Shown: piece after piece, positions 24,882 through 34,213 of the stretch
How positions within the stretch are numbered: the first letter of the stretch is position 1
How the letters are laid out: every line of letters begins with the position of its first letter
Source of the DNA: Victivallis vadensis
GTDB taxonomy: Bacteria > Verrucomicrobiota > Lentisphaeria > Victivallales > Victivallaceae
NCBI GenBank assembly: GCA_040391785.1
Contig: JBEBXH010000027.1
Coordinates: 1,500 to 65,499 of the forward strand
Direction: 5' to 3'
Length of the DNA stretch: 64,000 nt
Notes under the pieces: model-generated
What the model was told of the DNA's origin: nothing
Databases searched by the model: none
The model's input: only the letters and a program-made list of their open reading frames with translations
Program-made: the position numbers and the translations under genes

Positions 24882-26030
24882 TTATTTAATTTTGCTGCGC
24901 CGGAGCTGGAAAACCCGGGCACAGAATAAGGACATGAAGAGTATCATGAGCGCCGCCACGAAAAAGGTGGTTCCGGCGCTGTTGAATTTCGCCAACTGGC
25001 CGCCCGCAATTGGCCCGAACGTACTGGCGATCCCCACCGTGATTTCGTTCACCGACACATAACGGGAGCTTCGGGTAGGGTGTACCAGCGAGTGAAATAC
25101 CAGATAAAAATAACTGCATCCCGAGAACAGGCCGTACAGTACCGCTCCGATATAAAACACCGGCAACGATGTGCCGAAAGCAAACAGTAACAGCGCCAAA
25201 ACACCGGCGCCGCCGGCCAACAGCATCGGCAACGGACGGTACATCCAGAACTTGCCGCGCAGCAGCGCCAGCGCGATCAACCCCTGGGACAGGCTCACAA
25301 CGGTGAGAATCAACCCCAGTTCTGCTTTGCTGAACTCCAATTGAATACCCTGGAACGGTATCAGACTGCGGACCAGGCTGACCGCCACGGTGCCGCAGCC
25401 GCCGATGACCCAGCCGAGCCAGGCATAATCGGGCATTTTCGAGTAATCGGCTTCATTCTGTGCGGGGGGCGTTTCGCGGCGAAGCACCGGGTGTTTGTGG
25501 TAATAAGTATCGATCAGCCGCACCGAGACCATGACTGCCAAGCCCAGCAGAGCTGTCAGGATGAATGCAGCGTTCCAGCTCAGCAGTCCGAAAGCCAGCG
25601 GCCCGGTTGCCATGCCGAAGCTCCACGAAGCTGTGTAGAGCGCCGTCGAGCGCACCACTCCGGCATTCTGGTCCGGCTCCAGTGTTTTCATGAAAACCTG
25701 GAATGGCGTGCAATACATTGCCGAAGCCACGCCGATCACCCCGATCAGAATGAATTGCGCCGCCACCCCAGGAAAAAACAGAAATCCGAGCGAGCCGAGC
25801 ATGATGCCGCCCGCTCCGGCCATGATCAACATCCCGGCGTTGCGCGACGTGGTGATCCGGCCCATAAACAGTGAGGAAACGCAGTAAACTGAGGCCCATG
25901 TCCATATGGTGGCGGTGACGACTGCGGCACTATACTTGGCCTCCGACAGATGATGAGCCGTGATGAAAAACATTCCGCCGAGAACAAAGTTCACGATCAT
26001 CGGAAACGCGTAGATGATGATGCGCAGCAT
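24882..26030 (-). CDS. MFS transporter
   Basis: About 12 hydrophobic segments; 382 aa. Confidence 0.75.
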   Translation of the reverse strand: MLRIIIYAFPMIVNFVLGGMFFITAHHLSEAKYSAAVVTATIWTWASVYCVSSLFMGRITTSRNAGMLIMAGAGGIMLGSLGFLFFPGVAAQFILIGVIGVASAMYCTPFQVFMKTLEPDQNAGVVRSTALYTASWSFGMATGPLAFGLLSWNAAFILTALLGLAVMVSVRLIDTYYHKHPVLRRETPPAQNEADYSKMPDYAWLGWVIGGCGTVAVSLVRSLIPFQGIQLEFSKAELGLILTVVSLSQGLIALALLRGKFWMYRPLPMLLAGGAGVLALLLFAFGTSLPVFYIGAVLYGLFSGCSYFYLVFHSLVHPTRSSRYVSVNEITVGIASTFGPIAGGQLAKFNSAGTTFFVAALMILFMSLFCARVFQLRRSKIK

Positions 26031-26116
26031 AGAATTTACCTTGATATTTTTTTGTGAGTCATATAAAATACCCTGATAAATCTGAATTGCCAGTATGGAT
26101 TGCGAGATTTCGGCGA

Positions 26117-27019
26117 TTATAATCCGATGAATTGTTCGAGGCGCCGGCGCATGGGGTCGAGATAGGGATCCACCAGCAGCAGATGGCCGCCCTTGCGCAT
26201 GCGGACGATTTCGGTGGTATCGGGCAGCAGCGTGTGGAGCTGTTCGGACTGGCTGAACAGCACATCCGCGTCCCGGTCGCCGTGAAACATCAGGATCGGA
26301 GGCGTGAGGCCCTGGTAGTTATTGACGTTCGCCCCCAGCACGTTGCGGTCGTCGTTCCAGATGCCCTTGCGGAGACGGGCGAAGGGCACGGTATGACGCA
26401 GGACATTCAGCAGGAATTCACGGTCGTAGGGGCAGTCATCCAGGCGCTTGATCTCGGTCGTCAGCACCGGGCCGCGAAGCCGGCTCAGGTTCATCAGCAG
26501 GAAACGGAGCGCCAGATTGGGCCAGCAGGAAACCATGAGCGCGCTCAGGCGCATGGTGAGTGCGGAGTAGAGAATGCGGTTGACGAAACGCTCCCACGTG
26601 CCCTCGCCGAACATGGCGTAGCTGCCGGTCACGGGCGACAGCAGCACCAACTTGGCGGTCAGCTCCGGGTGGTATCGGGCAAATTCCAGCGCCGAAACAC
26701 CGCCGCCGGAAAACCCGATCACTACTGCCGGTTCTTTCAGGTTCAATCCTGCCAGCAACACCGCCAGCAGGTCGCTTTGCTCCTTGAGGCTCCGCCCGGA
26801 TGAAAGCGGCGTCCTGCCATAGCCGGGCCGCGAAAATGTAAGGCGGCGGCAGCGGTCCCCGGTGAGCTGCAACCGATCCAGGAATACGCTCATTTGAAAA
26901 CAGGACCCCGGCGAACCGTGGATGCCGACCAGCAATGGACCGGCATCACCTTCCAGCTGGTACTCGACGGGCCCGGCCGGTGTGTGTGCAATTTGCGAAT
27001 GGCTCCGGGGAGCGGTCAT
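26117..27019 (-). CDS. alpha/beta hydrolase
   Basis: HGSPGS and GFSGGG motifs. The start overlaps the upstream gene's stop (ATGA). Confidence 0.7.
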   Translation of the reverse strand: MTAPRSHSQIAHTPAGPVEYQLEGDAGPLLVGIHGSPGSCFQMSVFLDRLQLTGDRCRRLTFSRPGYGRTPLSSGRSLKEQSDLLAVLLAGLNLKEPAVVIGFSGGGVSALEFARYHPELTAKLVLLSPVTGSYAMFGEGTWERFVNRILYSALTMRLSALMVSCWPNLALRFLLMNLSRLRGPVLTTEIKRLDDCPYDREFLLNVLRHTVPFARLRKGIWNDDRNVLGANVNNYQGLTPPILMFHGDRDADVLFSQSEQLHTLLPDTTEIVRMRKGGHLLLVDPYLDPMRRRLEQFIGL

Positions 27020-28596
27020 GCAAAGTCCTCGGCCGTGGCGTTGGCCAGCGTCCGCTCATTGAGCATTTCGAAGAACGCGCCGTCCGGCTCGTACTGGATC
27101 TGAATGCTCTTGATTTCGACGATCTTCTTTTGGATTTTTTTGCGCAGCCCGGCGGAGAGTTTGAAGGTCTCCTTGACCGTGAGCTCGGGCGAAACTTCGA
27201 CCGTCAGCAGCAGCACATAGCCGGTTTCGTACGGCACGAAAACGATGTTGTGCACAAAGTGAATTTCTTTTTCGGAATCGACGATGTTCGAGACTTTGAC
27301 ATACAATTTTTCGGTGTCTTCATCGAAATTGCCGTAGAAGAACATGGCCTGACGTTCGATTTCCGGGGAGATTTTCTTGAAGCCGCTGGTGATCTTGTCC
27401 AGCAGTTTGCTGACGGTGGATTTTTCCAGTTCGCTTTTCTTGGCGATTTCGTTGGTCGGAACCCCTTTGATCATGTCGTCGACGATGGCAGTGACCTGCT
27501 TCTGGTCGGCTTCCGGCTTGGTCTTGGCGTGGCTGAATAATTCCTTGACGATGCAGCCGCCGAAGAAACGGATCGACTCCAGGTAGCTCTGTTCCGGCAG
27601 GATGCCGATGTAGTTGAACACATGCATCATCTGGTTGAGCGGCAGCGCGCCGCCGACGACCAGGAACTTGGGCTCGCGGACGCCATTCACGCCGTCGCAG
27701 TAAGCCTTTTTGTGGGCGTCGAGCCCCTGATACGCGTACATGTCGTTGCCCTGCTGGTAATTGATGCGGAAAATCGAGGCCACGATCGGGTTATATAGTC
27801 CCTCGACGTCCTGCTGGTCGGCCAGCGGAGAGAGGCCGAACGACAGGGTGTCCACCTGTTCATCGCGGAACGCCGCCATGGCTTCGTTATATATCAGGTC
27901 GAGCGTGCCGTTCGGCGCACAATCGAGCGCCCGGACGAAGTCGGCATAATATCCGGTGACTTTGTTATTGCGATAGATCGGTTCGAAGATGACGAACGCC
28001 ACGATTTTGTCCTCGAGCATACCGCAGAAAAGCCGGGTATCGGGCTCGTATTCGAGCTTCAGCGGGCGGGTCAGCAGACGCAGTTCGGTCTGGTTGATTT
28101 TGCCCTGCAGCCACTCGTCGGACACGGCGGCGATGGCTTTGGCGGTACCCTTGTCCTGCATCGACATTTCGATGACTTTTGCTCCGGCATTGCGGGAGCC
28201 GTTGATCCAGCGGCGGACCTTGGTCATGGCCTTGCCCTCGGCGGAGAAGGTCGGGACCTTCAGGTTGGTTTCCACACCCATGTGATTGGCGTTGAAGCCG
28301 CGGGCGGCGAATTTTTTCGCGACGTCGAGGCTGCACTGGAGCACCACCGGGCTGCGGCGGTCCGTCTTGGCCTGTTTCAGAAATTCATCGATCACTTTTT
28401 CCAGATCGGCGGGGGCGCAGAGCGGATCGCCCAGCGCCACGCGCTCGGCCTTGGTATCCACGTAGGGGATGAACCCCTCTTTGGCCTCGAAATATTTCAT
28501 TTCATCATCGTAAACAGCGGAGTACGCAATCGGGAACGAACCGTATTTTTTCAGGAACTCAACAACTCTTGCTTCAGGCATAATCAATTCCTCCAT
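27016..28596 (-). CDS. DUF2156 (aminoacyl-phosphatidylglycerol-synthase C-terminal-like) domain protein with an extra C-terminal domain; no membrane domain
   Basis: The N-terminal ~300 aa (FLKKYGSFPIAYSAVYDD...ERVALGDP...) resemble the LPG_synthase_C/DUF2156 fold family. No TM segments are visible. Confidence 0.6.
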   Translation of the reverse strand: MEELIMPEARVVEFLKKYGSFPIAYSAVYDDEMKYFEAKEGFIPYVDTKAERVALGDPLCAPADLEKVIDEFLKQAKTDRRSPVVLQCSLDVAKKFAARGFNANHMGVETNLKVPTFSAEGKAMTKVRRWINGSRNAGAKVIEMSMQDKGTAKAIAAVSDEWLQGKINQTELRLLTRPLKLEYEPDTRLFCGMLEDKIVAFVIFEPIYRNNKVTGYYADFVRALDCAPNGTLDLIYNEAMAAFRDEQVDTLSFGLSPLADQQDVEGLYNPIVASIFRINYQQGNDMYAYQGLDAHKKAYCDGVNGVREPKFLVVGGALPLNQMMHVFNYIGILPEQSYLESIRFFGGCIVKELFSHAKTKPEADQKQVTAIVDDMIKGVPTNEIAKKSELEKSTVSKLLDKITSGFKKISPEIERQAMFFYGNFDEDTEKLYVKVSNIVDSEKEIHFVHNIVFVPYETGYVLLLTVEVSPELTVKETFKLSAGLRKKIQKKIVEIKSIQIQYEPDGAFFEMLNERTLANATAEDFA

Positions 28597-28607
28597 ATGG
28601 TATTATA

Positions 28608-29825
28608 TTATTTTCTGCCACTCATTTTCCAGTATTCCACATCGGCGTCCGGGTGCATCTGGGTCAGGCCGAATTCCTGTGCGGTTTCGATGCCCAGTGC
28701 GAGCAGCGAGAGCAGCAGAAATACGACGCCGAGGATGCGGAAACGGAGCGTGTTGGTTTTTTTGAGGATCGCGATCAGGGACGGCAGCAGTCCGAAGAGG
28801 ATTACAATGCCGATGCCGCCCACCACGTCGACTGCCTTCAAAAACACATCCGGCCAGATGATGGCGATCAGGATCGGCGGGGCCAGCGCCAGGACGCGGA
28901 TGACGAGCATTTTCACATTCGGCATCATGCCGCGCAGGAACCCCTGCAGCGCCACTCCGCTGCCGAGAAAGGCGGTGACCACCGTCATCAACGGAAACAC
29001 GGTCGCCGCCACCATAAAGATTTTCGAACCGATGATGCGCCCCATCGGCAGCGTGGCCGGTTCCGCATTCATGTAAGCGCTGGTGACGCTGTTTTCCCCT
29101 TCCAGCGGCAGCACGCAGATGCCGGTCTGCAGCCACACCGAACACATCAGGAAGGCGAGGCCGATGCCGCACATCGCGGCGTAGCGGATTTTCTTTTCGT
29201 TCCATTGCAGCTCGGCGCTGACGACCGGGATGATGTTGTGAAAATAAAACGCGGTCAGAATCAGCGGGATCGCCGCGGGGGCATGATCCCACGAAACATG
29301 GCTCAGGCGCGAAAAATCGGTATGCATTTCGCCGATGACCACCATGACGACGAAAGCCGCGATCACGATCAGCATCAGGAAAATGTTGTATTTCTGAATG
29401 ATGGCGAGCTTCATCACCGCCAGCGAAACCGGGATGACCATCATCACCAGCACTACCCATGCAGGCGAACCGGTCACGCCGAGCAAACTGCCCAGCACCT
29501 TGGCGCCGCCGGTCACGTAAGCGGTCAGCAATCCGTACAGTACCAGCAGATTGGCCGCCACGGCCAGCCATTTGCCGATACGGCCGATGTAGCCCTGATA
29601 CAGCTCCGGGAGTGTATAGTTTTTGCCCGGGTGCGCCGCCGCCTCGCGCAGCAGCACTTCCGCCGAAAACAGCATCAGCGCGCCGTACACGACCATCATT
29701 AGCAGCGACGGCAGCATGCCGCCGAGGCCGAGGCTGGCGGGCAGGGCCAGGATGCCGGCGCCGATCAGGTTTCCGGCGATCAGCCCGACCGCGGCCGGGA
29801 AGGCCCATTTCGGTGATTTATTCAT
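28608..29825 (-). CDS. aromatic amino acid permease family (Mtr/TnaB/TyrP-like)
   Basis: MNKSPKWAFPAAVGLIAGNLIGAGILALP, then 11-12 TM segments. Confidence 0.75.
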   Translation of the reverse strand: MNKSPKWAFPAAVGLIAGNLIGAGILALPASLGLGGMLPSLLMMVVYGALMLFSAEVLLREAAAHPGKNYTLPELYQGYIGRIGKWLAVAANLLVLYGLLTAYVTGGAKVLGSLLGVTGSPAWVVLVMMVIPVSLAVMKLAIIQKYNIFLMLIVIAAFVVMVVIGEMHTDFSRLSHVSWDHAPAAIPLILTAFYFHNIIPVVSAELQWNEKKIRYAAMCGIGLAFLMCSVWLQTGICVLPLEGENSVTSAYMNAEPATLPMGRIIGSKIFMVAATVFPLMTVVTAFLGSGVALQGFLRGMMPNVKMLVIRVLALAPPILIAIIWPDVFLKAVDVVGGIGIVILFGLLPSLIAILKKTNTLRFRILGVVFLLLSLLALGIETAQEFGLTQMHPDADVEYWKMSGRK

Positions 29826-32013
29826 TTTCCGTTCCTTTCTCGGCATTGATGCCGACCGTCAAAATATTGTGTCCGTCCCGGTAACAGTATTCGAGTTTTG
29901 CCGCCAGGGTGCGGGTGATGTGAATGCCCATGCCGCCGATCTGCAGCTCCTCGAACTGCGGTTCCGGGGCCGTCAGCGGATCATACGGTTTGCCGGAATC
30001 CGCGAAGGTCAGGTGAATCCGCTGTTCCGCCGGCAGATAGTCAAACGATATTTCCGCCGTACCGGTGCCCGGGGCGTAGGCGTAATTGGCGATGTTCAGG
30101 AAAATTTCCTCGGCGGCGATCAGCAGATGGGCATTTTCCGGGAGCCCGTATTGGGCGCAGCATTGTTCCAAAAATTGCTGCAATTGAGGAAGATTTTCGG
30201 TGGCGGCGTCAAGCTTCAGGACACGGCCGCGATACTCAAGCGCCAACATGGTGATATCATCGTACTGCGGCGCTTCGCCGGTAAAGGCTTTGAGCTCGCC
30301 GATGACCCGTTCGACCGTCTGCCTGGGCGCAACTTCCGCTCGGTTCAAGATTTTCTGCAGCCGTTCGGTGCCGAATTGCTCCTCGCCGGAGGTCTGGGCC
30401 TCGGTGACGCCGTCGGTGTAGAGAAACAGCCGTTCGCCAGGGGCGAGACGCATCCGCTGGGCGGTGTACTGGACATTCGGCAGCGTGCCGAGCAGGAAAT
30501 CCGGTTCCAGCTTCAGGTATTCGTATTTGCCGCCGGCACGGCGCAGCAGCGGGGGATTGTGCCCGGCGTCGATGCAGGTCAACTCACCCGAGGAGAGCTC
30601 AAGCACGCCATAAAATACGGTGATGAACATCCCGGTGGCATTGTCGCGGCTCAGCATCCGGTTGGCTTCCTCGAATACTTTTTGAGGCGGTATCCCGGCC
30701 ATCGCCAGGCCCTTCAGCCAGGTTTTGCCGGTCATCATGAAGAGCGCGGCCGGAATGCCTTTTTCGGAGACGTCGGCCACCAGAAATGCCAGGTGGTTAT
30801 CGTCGACCATGAAAAAATCGTAGAAGTCGCCGCCGACTTCACGGGCAGGGGACATGGTGGCGTAAATGTCGAAATCATTGCGTTCGGGAAAAGCCGGAAA
30901 CGTCCGCGGCAGCGCCGAGCACTGGATCGCTTCGGCCAGAGCCAACTCATTGTCCAGCCGGCGGGCGGCCTCGGCAATGGCGGTTTTCAGCGCCGTGACG
31001 GTGGCGTTGATGCCGCCGGAGAGCAGGTCGAATTCCTTGCAGTTGTGAACATCGACGATTTCGGAGAGGTCGCCGTCGGTAATCCGCTGCAGCGAGGCGC
31101 AGACTTTGTCGATGCCGGAAAGGACGATTTTGTTCAGCAGGACCGCAATCAGCGCGAAGATCAGGCCGAACAGCACCAGATACACAATGACCAGTACCGA
31201 CTGCGCCAGGTTGCGCCGGTAATAAACCTCATCGTAGGGCAGCAGCCCGATGATCGTGTATTCGCCGTACTGTATGGCGCTGGCAAGATATTCCACGTCC
31301 TCGACCGCCACTGTGAACGGTTCGTCTTTCGGCAGGGGAAGGGGGAAGCCGAGTTTGGGCAGATTCTTTTCCGGCAGTTCCAGCATGCCGTCGCAAATCA
31401 ACTTATTGTCTTTGGCGATCAGGACGCCGCCCTTCAGGCCGATCCGGAATCCCTCGGAAAAATTGCGGATATCGGCAATGGCTTTGGCGGCCAGCAGGTG
31501 CTCGGGCTTGTCGCCGATTACCAGAATGCCGTCGACGTCGAGGCGCTTGACCGCGGCGTACTGGATTTCATGTCCGGACGCATTGGTCACCGGACCGGAA
31601 GCCGGCAGTTGATTCGGCAGTTCCAGATCTTTGTACGAGCGTCTGGCGGTAGTCTCGGGGTAAGCCATAAGAATATTCCATTCCGGATCCAGCGAGTACA
31701 GTTCGTCGACATCCATTTCCTTGCAGAACAGGGCCAGGGCGGCCTTGTCGTTGAGAATACCGGGATTGGATTTGACGGCTTCGGCAAAGAGTTTGGATTT
31801 CAGCAATACGGCTTCGTCGCTGAGCTCGGTGACCCGGTCGACGTTGTGGACGGCATTGCTGAGCTGGGCGGAGGCGTCGGAAAGTTTCAACCGGATCAAA
31901 GCCAGCGACCCCAGCCGCGCATGTCGGGTATTGACCCCGAAGGAGATCGCGAAAGTCAACAGAAAGGCCAGCGCGACTACCGCGAAAATCCATTTCTGAA
32001 AGAGTTTTTTCAT
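29818..32013 (-). CDS. membrane sensor fused to a SpoIIE/PP2C phosphatase and an RsbW-like HATPase domain
   Basis: N-terminal TM sensor. The PP2C block reads REVGGDFYDFFMVDDNHLAFLVADVSEKGIPAALFM. The C-terminal anti-sigma-kinase-like block reads EEIFLNIANYAY...FADSGKPYDPL. Confidence 0.8.
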   Translation of the reverse strand: MKKLFQKWIFAVVALAFLLTFAISFGVNTRHARLGSLALIRLKLSDASAQLSNAVHNVDRVTELSDEAVLLKSKLFAEAVKSNPGILNDKAALALFCKEMDVDELYSLDPEWNILMAYPETTARRSYKDLELPNQLPASGPVTNASGHEIQYAAVKRLDVDGILVIGDKPEHLLAAKAIADIRNFSEGFRIGLKGGVLIAKDNKLICDGMLELPEKNLPKLGFPLPLPKDEPFTVAVEDVEYLASAIQYGEYTIIGLLPYDEVYYRRNLAQSVLVIVYLVLFGLIFALIAVLLNKIVLSGIDKVCASLQRITDGDLSEIVDVHNCKEFDLLSGGINATVTALKTAIAEAARRLDNELALAEAIQCSALPRTFPAFPERNDFDIYATMSPAREVGGDFYDFFMVDDNHLAFLVADVSEKGIPAALFMMTGKTWLKGLAMAGIPPQKVFEEANRMLSRDNATGMFITVFYGVLELSSGELTCIDAGHNPPLLRRAGGKYEYLKLEPDFLLGTLPNVQYTAQRMRLAPGERLFLYTDGVTEAQTSGEEQFGTERLQKILNRAEVAPRQTVERVIGELKAFTGEAPQYDDITMLALEYRGRVLKLDAATENLPQLQQFLEQCCAQYGLPENAHLLIAAEEIFLNIANYAYAPGTGTAEISFDYLPAEQRIHLTFADSGKPYDPLTAPEPQFEELQIGGMGIHITRTLAAKLEYCYRDGHNILTVGINAEKGTENE

Positions 32014-32309
32014 TCTTCGATCTTGAGAAATTTCACCAGACGGGTTATTTCAAAGACTTCCAATACACTTTTGTTGACATGGCGCAGCGTCATCGAACCC
32101 TGCTGCTCCATGGTTTTCTGGGCCTGGACAATGACCCGGACCCCGGCGCTGGCGATATACGGCACCTTGGCGAAGTCCAGATACAACTTTTTGACGTCTT
32201 TCAAAGAGGCCTGTAATTTTTTATCGAGTTCAAGCGCGGCGAGAGCGTCCAGCCGGCCGTCGAGTTCCAGAGTCAAAGTTCCGTTGTCGCGATTTTCCAC
32301 TATTTCCAT
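32010..32309 (-). CDS. STAS-domain anti-sigma-factor antagonist
   Basis: LELDGRLDALAALELDKKL...YIASAGVRVIV. Its stop overlaps the start of the phosphatase gene. Confidence 0.8.
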   Translation of the reverse strand: MEIVENRDNGTLTLELDGRLDALAALELDKKLQASLKDVKKLYLDFAKVPYIASAGVRVIVQAQKTMEQQGSMTLRHVNKSVLEVFEITRLVKFLKIEE

Positions 32310-32416
32310 GGTCCCGTTGCTCCTGTGTGTTGATTTATGATTCTTTAAGATAACATTTTTGTCAAAAACATGCAAACGAAAATTACTGGAGGATTGGCTG
32401 AAATTCAAAAATTTAT

Positions 32417-32485
32417 ATGGACATGATGGACCGCATGGATAACTTTAAATCTGTTCATAAAGTCCATTTGGTCCATCGTGTCCAT
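32417..32485. repeat. imperfect 24-nt inverted repeat built from three ATGGAC units with 9-nt period
   Basis: ATGGACATGATGGACCGCATGGAT (32417-40) faces GTCCATTTGGTCCATCGTGTCCAT (32462-85). 20 of 24 positions are complementary, with a 21-nt spacer. Confidence 0.65.
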
Positions 32486-32501
32486 GCATTGGAGCTGGAC
32501 T

Positions 32502-33554
32502 TTATTCATACTCAAGTTTGAAGTCGCCGTTGGCGGCCTTCATGGTTTGTTTGGCCCACTGGTAAAGCTCGAGGCTGATCATCATATCGCAGTGCGGCAG
32601 GAAACTTTTGCGGTTGCGATCCATGTGGGCCGCGTCGCCGCAGAAAACCGGTTGGTCGGCTTTGACATAGATCTTCGCCCCGCGGGCCGCTGCCGCGCGG
32701 ACGGCCTTTTTGAAGGCTTTGCGCCAGGCGGGGGCCTGCTTGCAGATCATTTCGGGGTGCCGCTTGCCGTCGGCATCGAACGCCTGGATGTGCTCCGGCA
32801 GTTCGGCGGGGTCGAGCTTGAGCTCTTCCCAGTCGCCGGTGACAGACGATTGTTCGCCGCACCAGCCGATGAACCACTTGAAGCGCCAGCTGCGGTTGCC
32901 GCAGGAGTACTCCTTCGGGAAAATATACGGTTTACGGCGAATCGCCACCCCGGCAGTGCTCGCGGCAATGCTGAACTCGGCGGTAACGCCTTCCAGTTCG
33001 GCGGCACCGCTCCAGCGCCACAGGTCGTCGCCGCAGCCGATGGTCAGGCACTTGCCCTGTTCATCCTCGACGATGCAGTAGAGAAATGGTTTGTCGCCGC
33101 TGAAAAATACCGTTTCGGCCGCCGTCAGCTCCTGCCATTTCGGCTCGGGGAAGGGCTGGCCGGATTCCGGGATGTCCGCCACGGCGATCCGGCGCAATTT
33201 TCCGGTGATTTCGAGCGGGTCCACTTCGATGTCGTCATAGGAGGCCCTGCCGCCGATGCCGATGTCGGTCACTACCCGCAGCGAACCGTCGCTGAACTCC
33301 GTGTCGCGGCGGACCAGCGGCTCCACGCCGAACGGAATAACCGTTTCGCTGTGGCAATCCTGTCCGAGGCCGTCGGCGCGGTGGTGCAGCTGCTGTTTTT
33401 TGACAATGCCGTTGCTTTCGGTAAACACGCCGAGCGAGACGCCTTTGATCAGGACCGCCGTGGAGCCCAACTCAAACTTGAACAGGGTATCCGGCGACGG
33501 GTCGAGCTCGACGAACCAGTTATGGCCGTTGATGGTTTTTTCTTCGCCTTCCAT
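32502..33554 (-). CDS. hypothetical protein (350 aa)
   Basis: Long ORF with host-like composition. It is coupled to the nitroreductase gene by a TAATG overlap. No domain recognised. Confidence 0.55.
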   Translation of the reverse strand: MEGEEKTINGHNWFVELDPSPDTLFKFELGSTAVLIKGVSLGVFTESNGIVKKQQLHHRADGLGQDCHSETVIPFGVEPLVRRDTEFSDGSLRVVTDIGIGGRASYDDIEVDPLEITGKLRRIAVADIPESGQPFPEPKWQELTAAETVFFSGDKPFLYCIVEDEQGKCLTIGCGDDLWRWSGAAELEGVTAEFSIAASTAGVAIRRKPYIFPKEYSCGNRSWRFKWFIGWCGEQSSVTGDWEELKLDPAELPEHIQAFDADGKRHPEMICKQAPAWRKAFKKAVRAAAARGAKIYVKADQPVFCGDAAHMDRNRKSFLPHCDMMISLELYQWAKQTMKAANGDFKLEYE

Positions 33555-34060
33555 TACTTCATCACCTCAAAGACATCGCTGAGCTTCTTGCGTTTCAGCG
33601 GCACCGGATCCTTGGCGGCATAGCCGAGCGGCGAGATCGCCATGGTGGTCCACGGCGATTTCACCTGCAGTGCTTCGTTCATGGCGGCCACATTGTAGGC
33701 GCAAATCCAACAAGTACCGAGCCCTTCGGCGGCGGCGGCCAGCACAAAATGCTCCATGGCGATGCCGATATCCATGGCGGCGATGGGGTCGCCCTCAAGG
33801 CGCTTCCAGCAGATTTCATTGTTGCCGAAGGCCACGACGATGGCCGGAGCTTCGGCCAGCCACGGCTGGCTGTAAATTTGGCAGATCCGGTCGCGGAACT
33901 CTTTATTTTCCACCACCAGGAATTTCCAGGGCTGCAGATTGCAGGCGGAAGGCGCGAGGTTCACCGCTTCGCCGATGCGCTGCAGAGCGTCCGCCGGAAC
34001 CGGTTTATCCTGATAGCCGCGGATGCTGCGGCGCTGTTTAATGACATCATAGAATTCCAT
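33554..34060 (-). CDS. nitroreductase family protein
   Basis: MEFYDVIKQRRSIRGY...APSACNLQPW. A GGAGG SD lies 5 nt before the ATG at 34060. Confidence 0.85.
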   Translation of the reverse strand: MEFYDVIKQRRSIRGYQDKPVPADALQRIGEAVNLAPSACNLQPWKFLVVENKEFRDRICQIYSQPWLAEAPAIVVAFGNNEICWKRLEGDPIAAMDIGIAMEHFVLAAAAEGLGTCWICAYNVAAMNEALQVKSPWTTMAISPLGYAAKDPVPLKRKKLSDVFEVMK

Positions 34061-34213
34061 AAATACCTCCATCGTTGATTTGCTATTTAACATACTGGGG
34101 ATATACGGAAATTACAAATAAATTTTTTTTCGTCTTTTGATATTGCGGAATTGCATTTTCGGCGCTATATTGATCATTCATGTTAAAATTATACAACTTA
34201 AGGATATGGAATT

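Noticed and set aside
26031-26116. CTGAATTGCC at about 26082 as a third copy of the AATTGG-hairpin element
   Set aside because: Only a 9-nt partial match exists and there is no adjacent hairpin. The orientation is wrong relative to the upstream gene's stop. It is probably chance.
29623-32340. 905-aa plus-strand ORF
   Set aside because: It lies antisense to the permease, the SpoIIE-type phosphatase and the STAS genes, all of which have clear family motifs. The composition is Arg/Gly/Gln-rich and carries no motifs.
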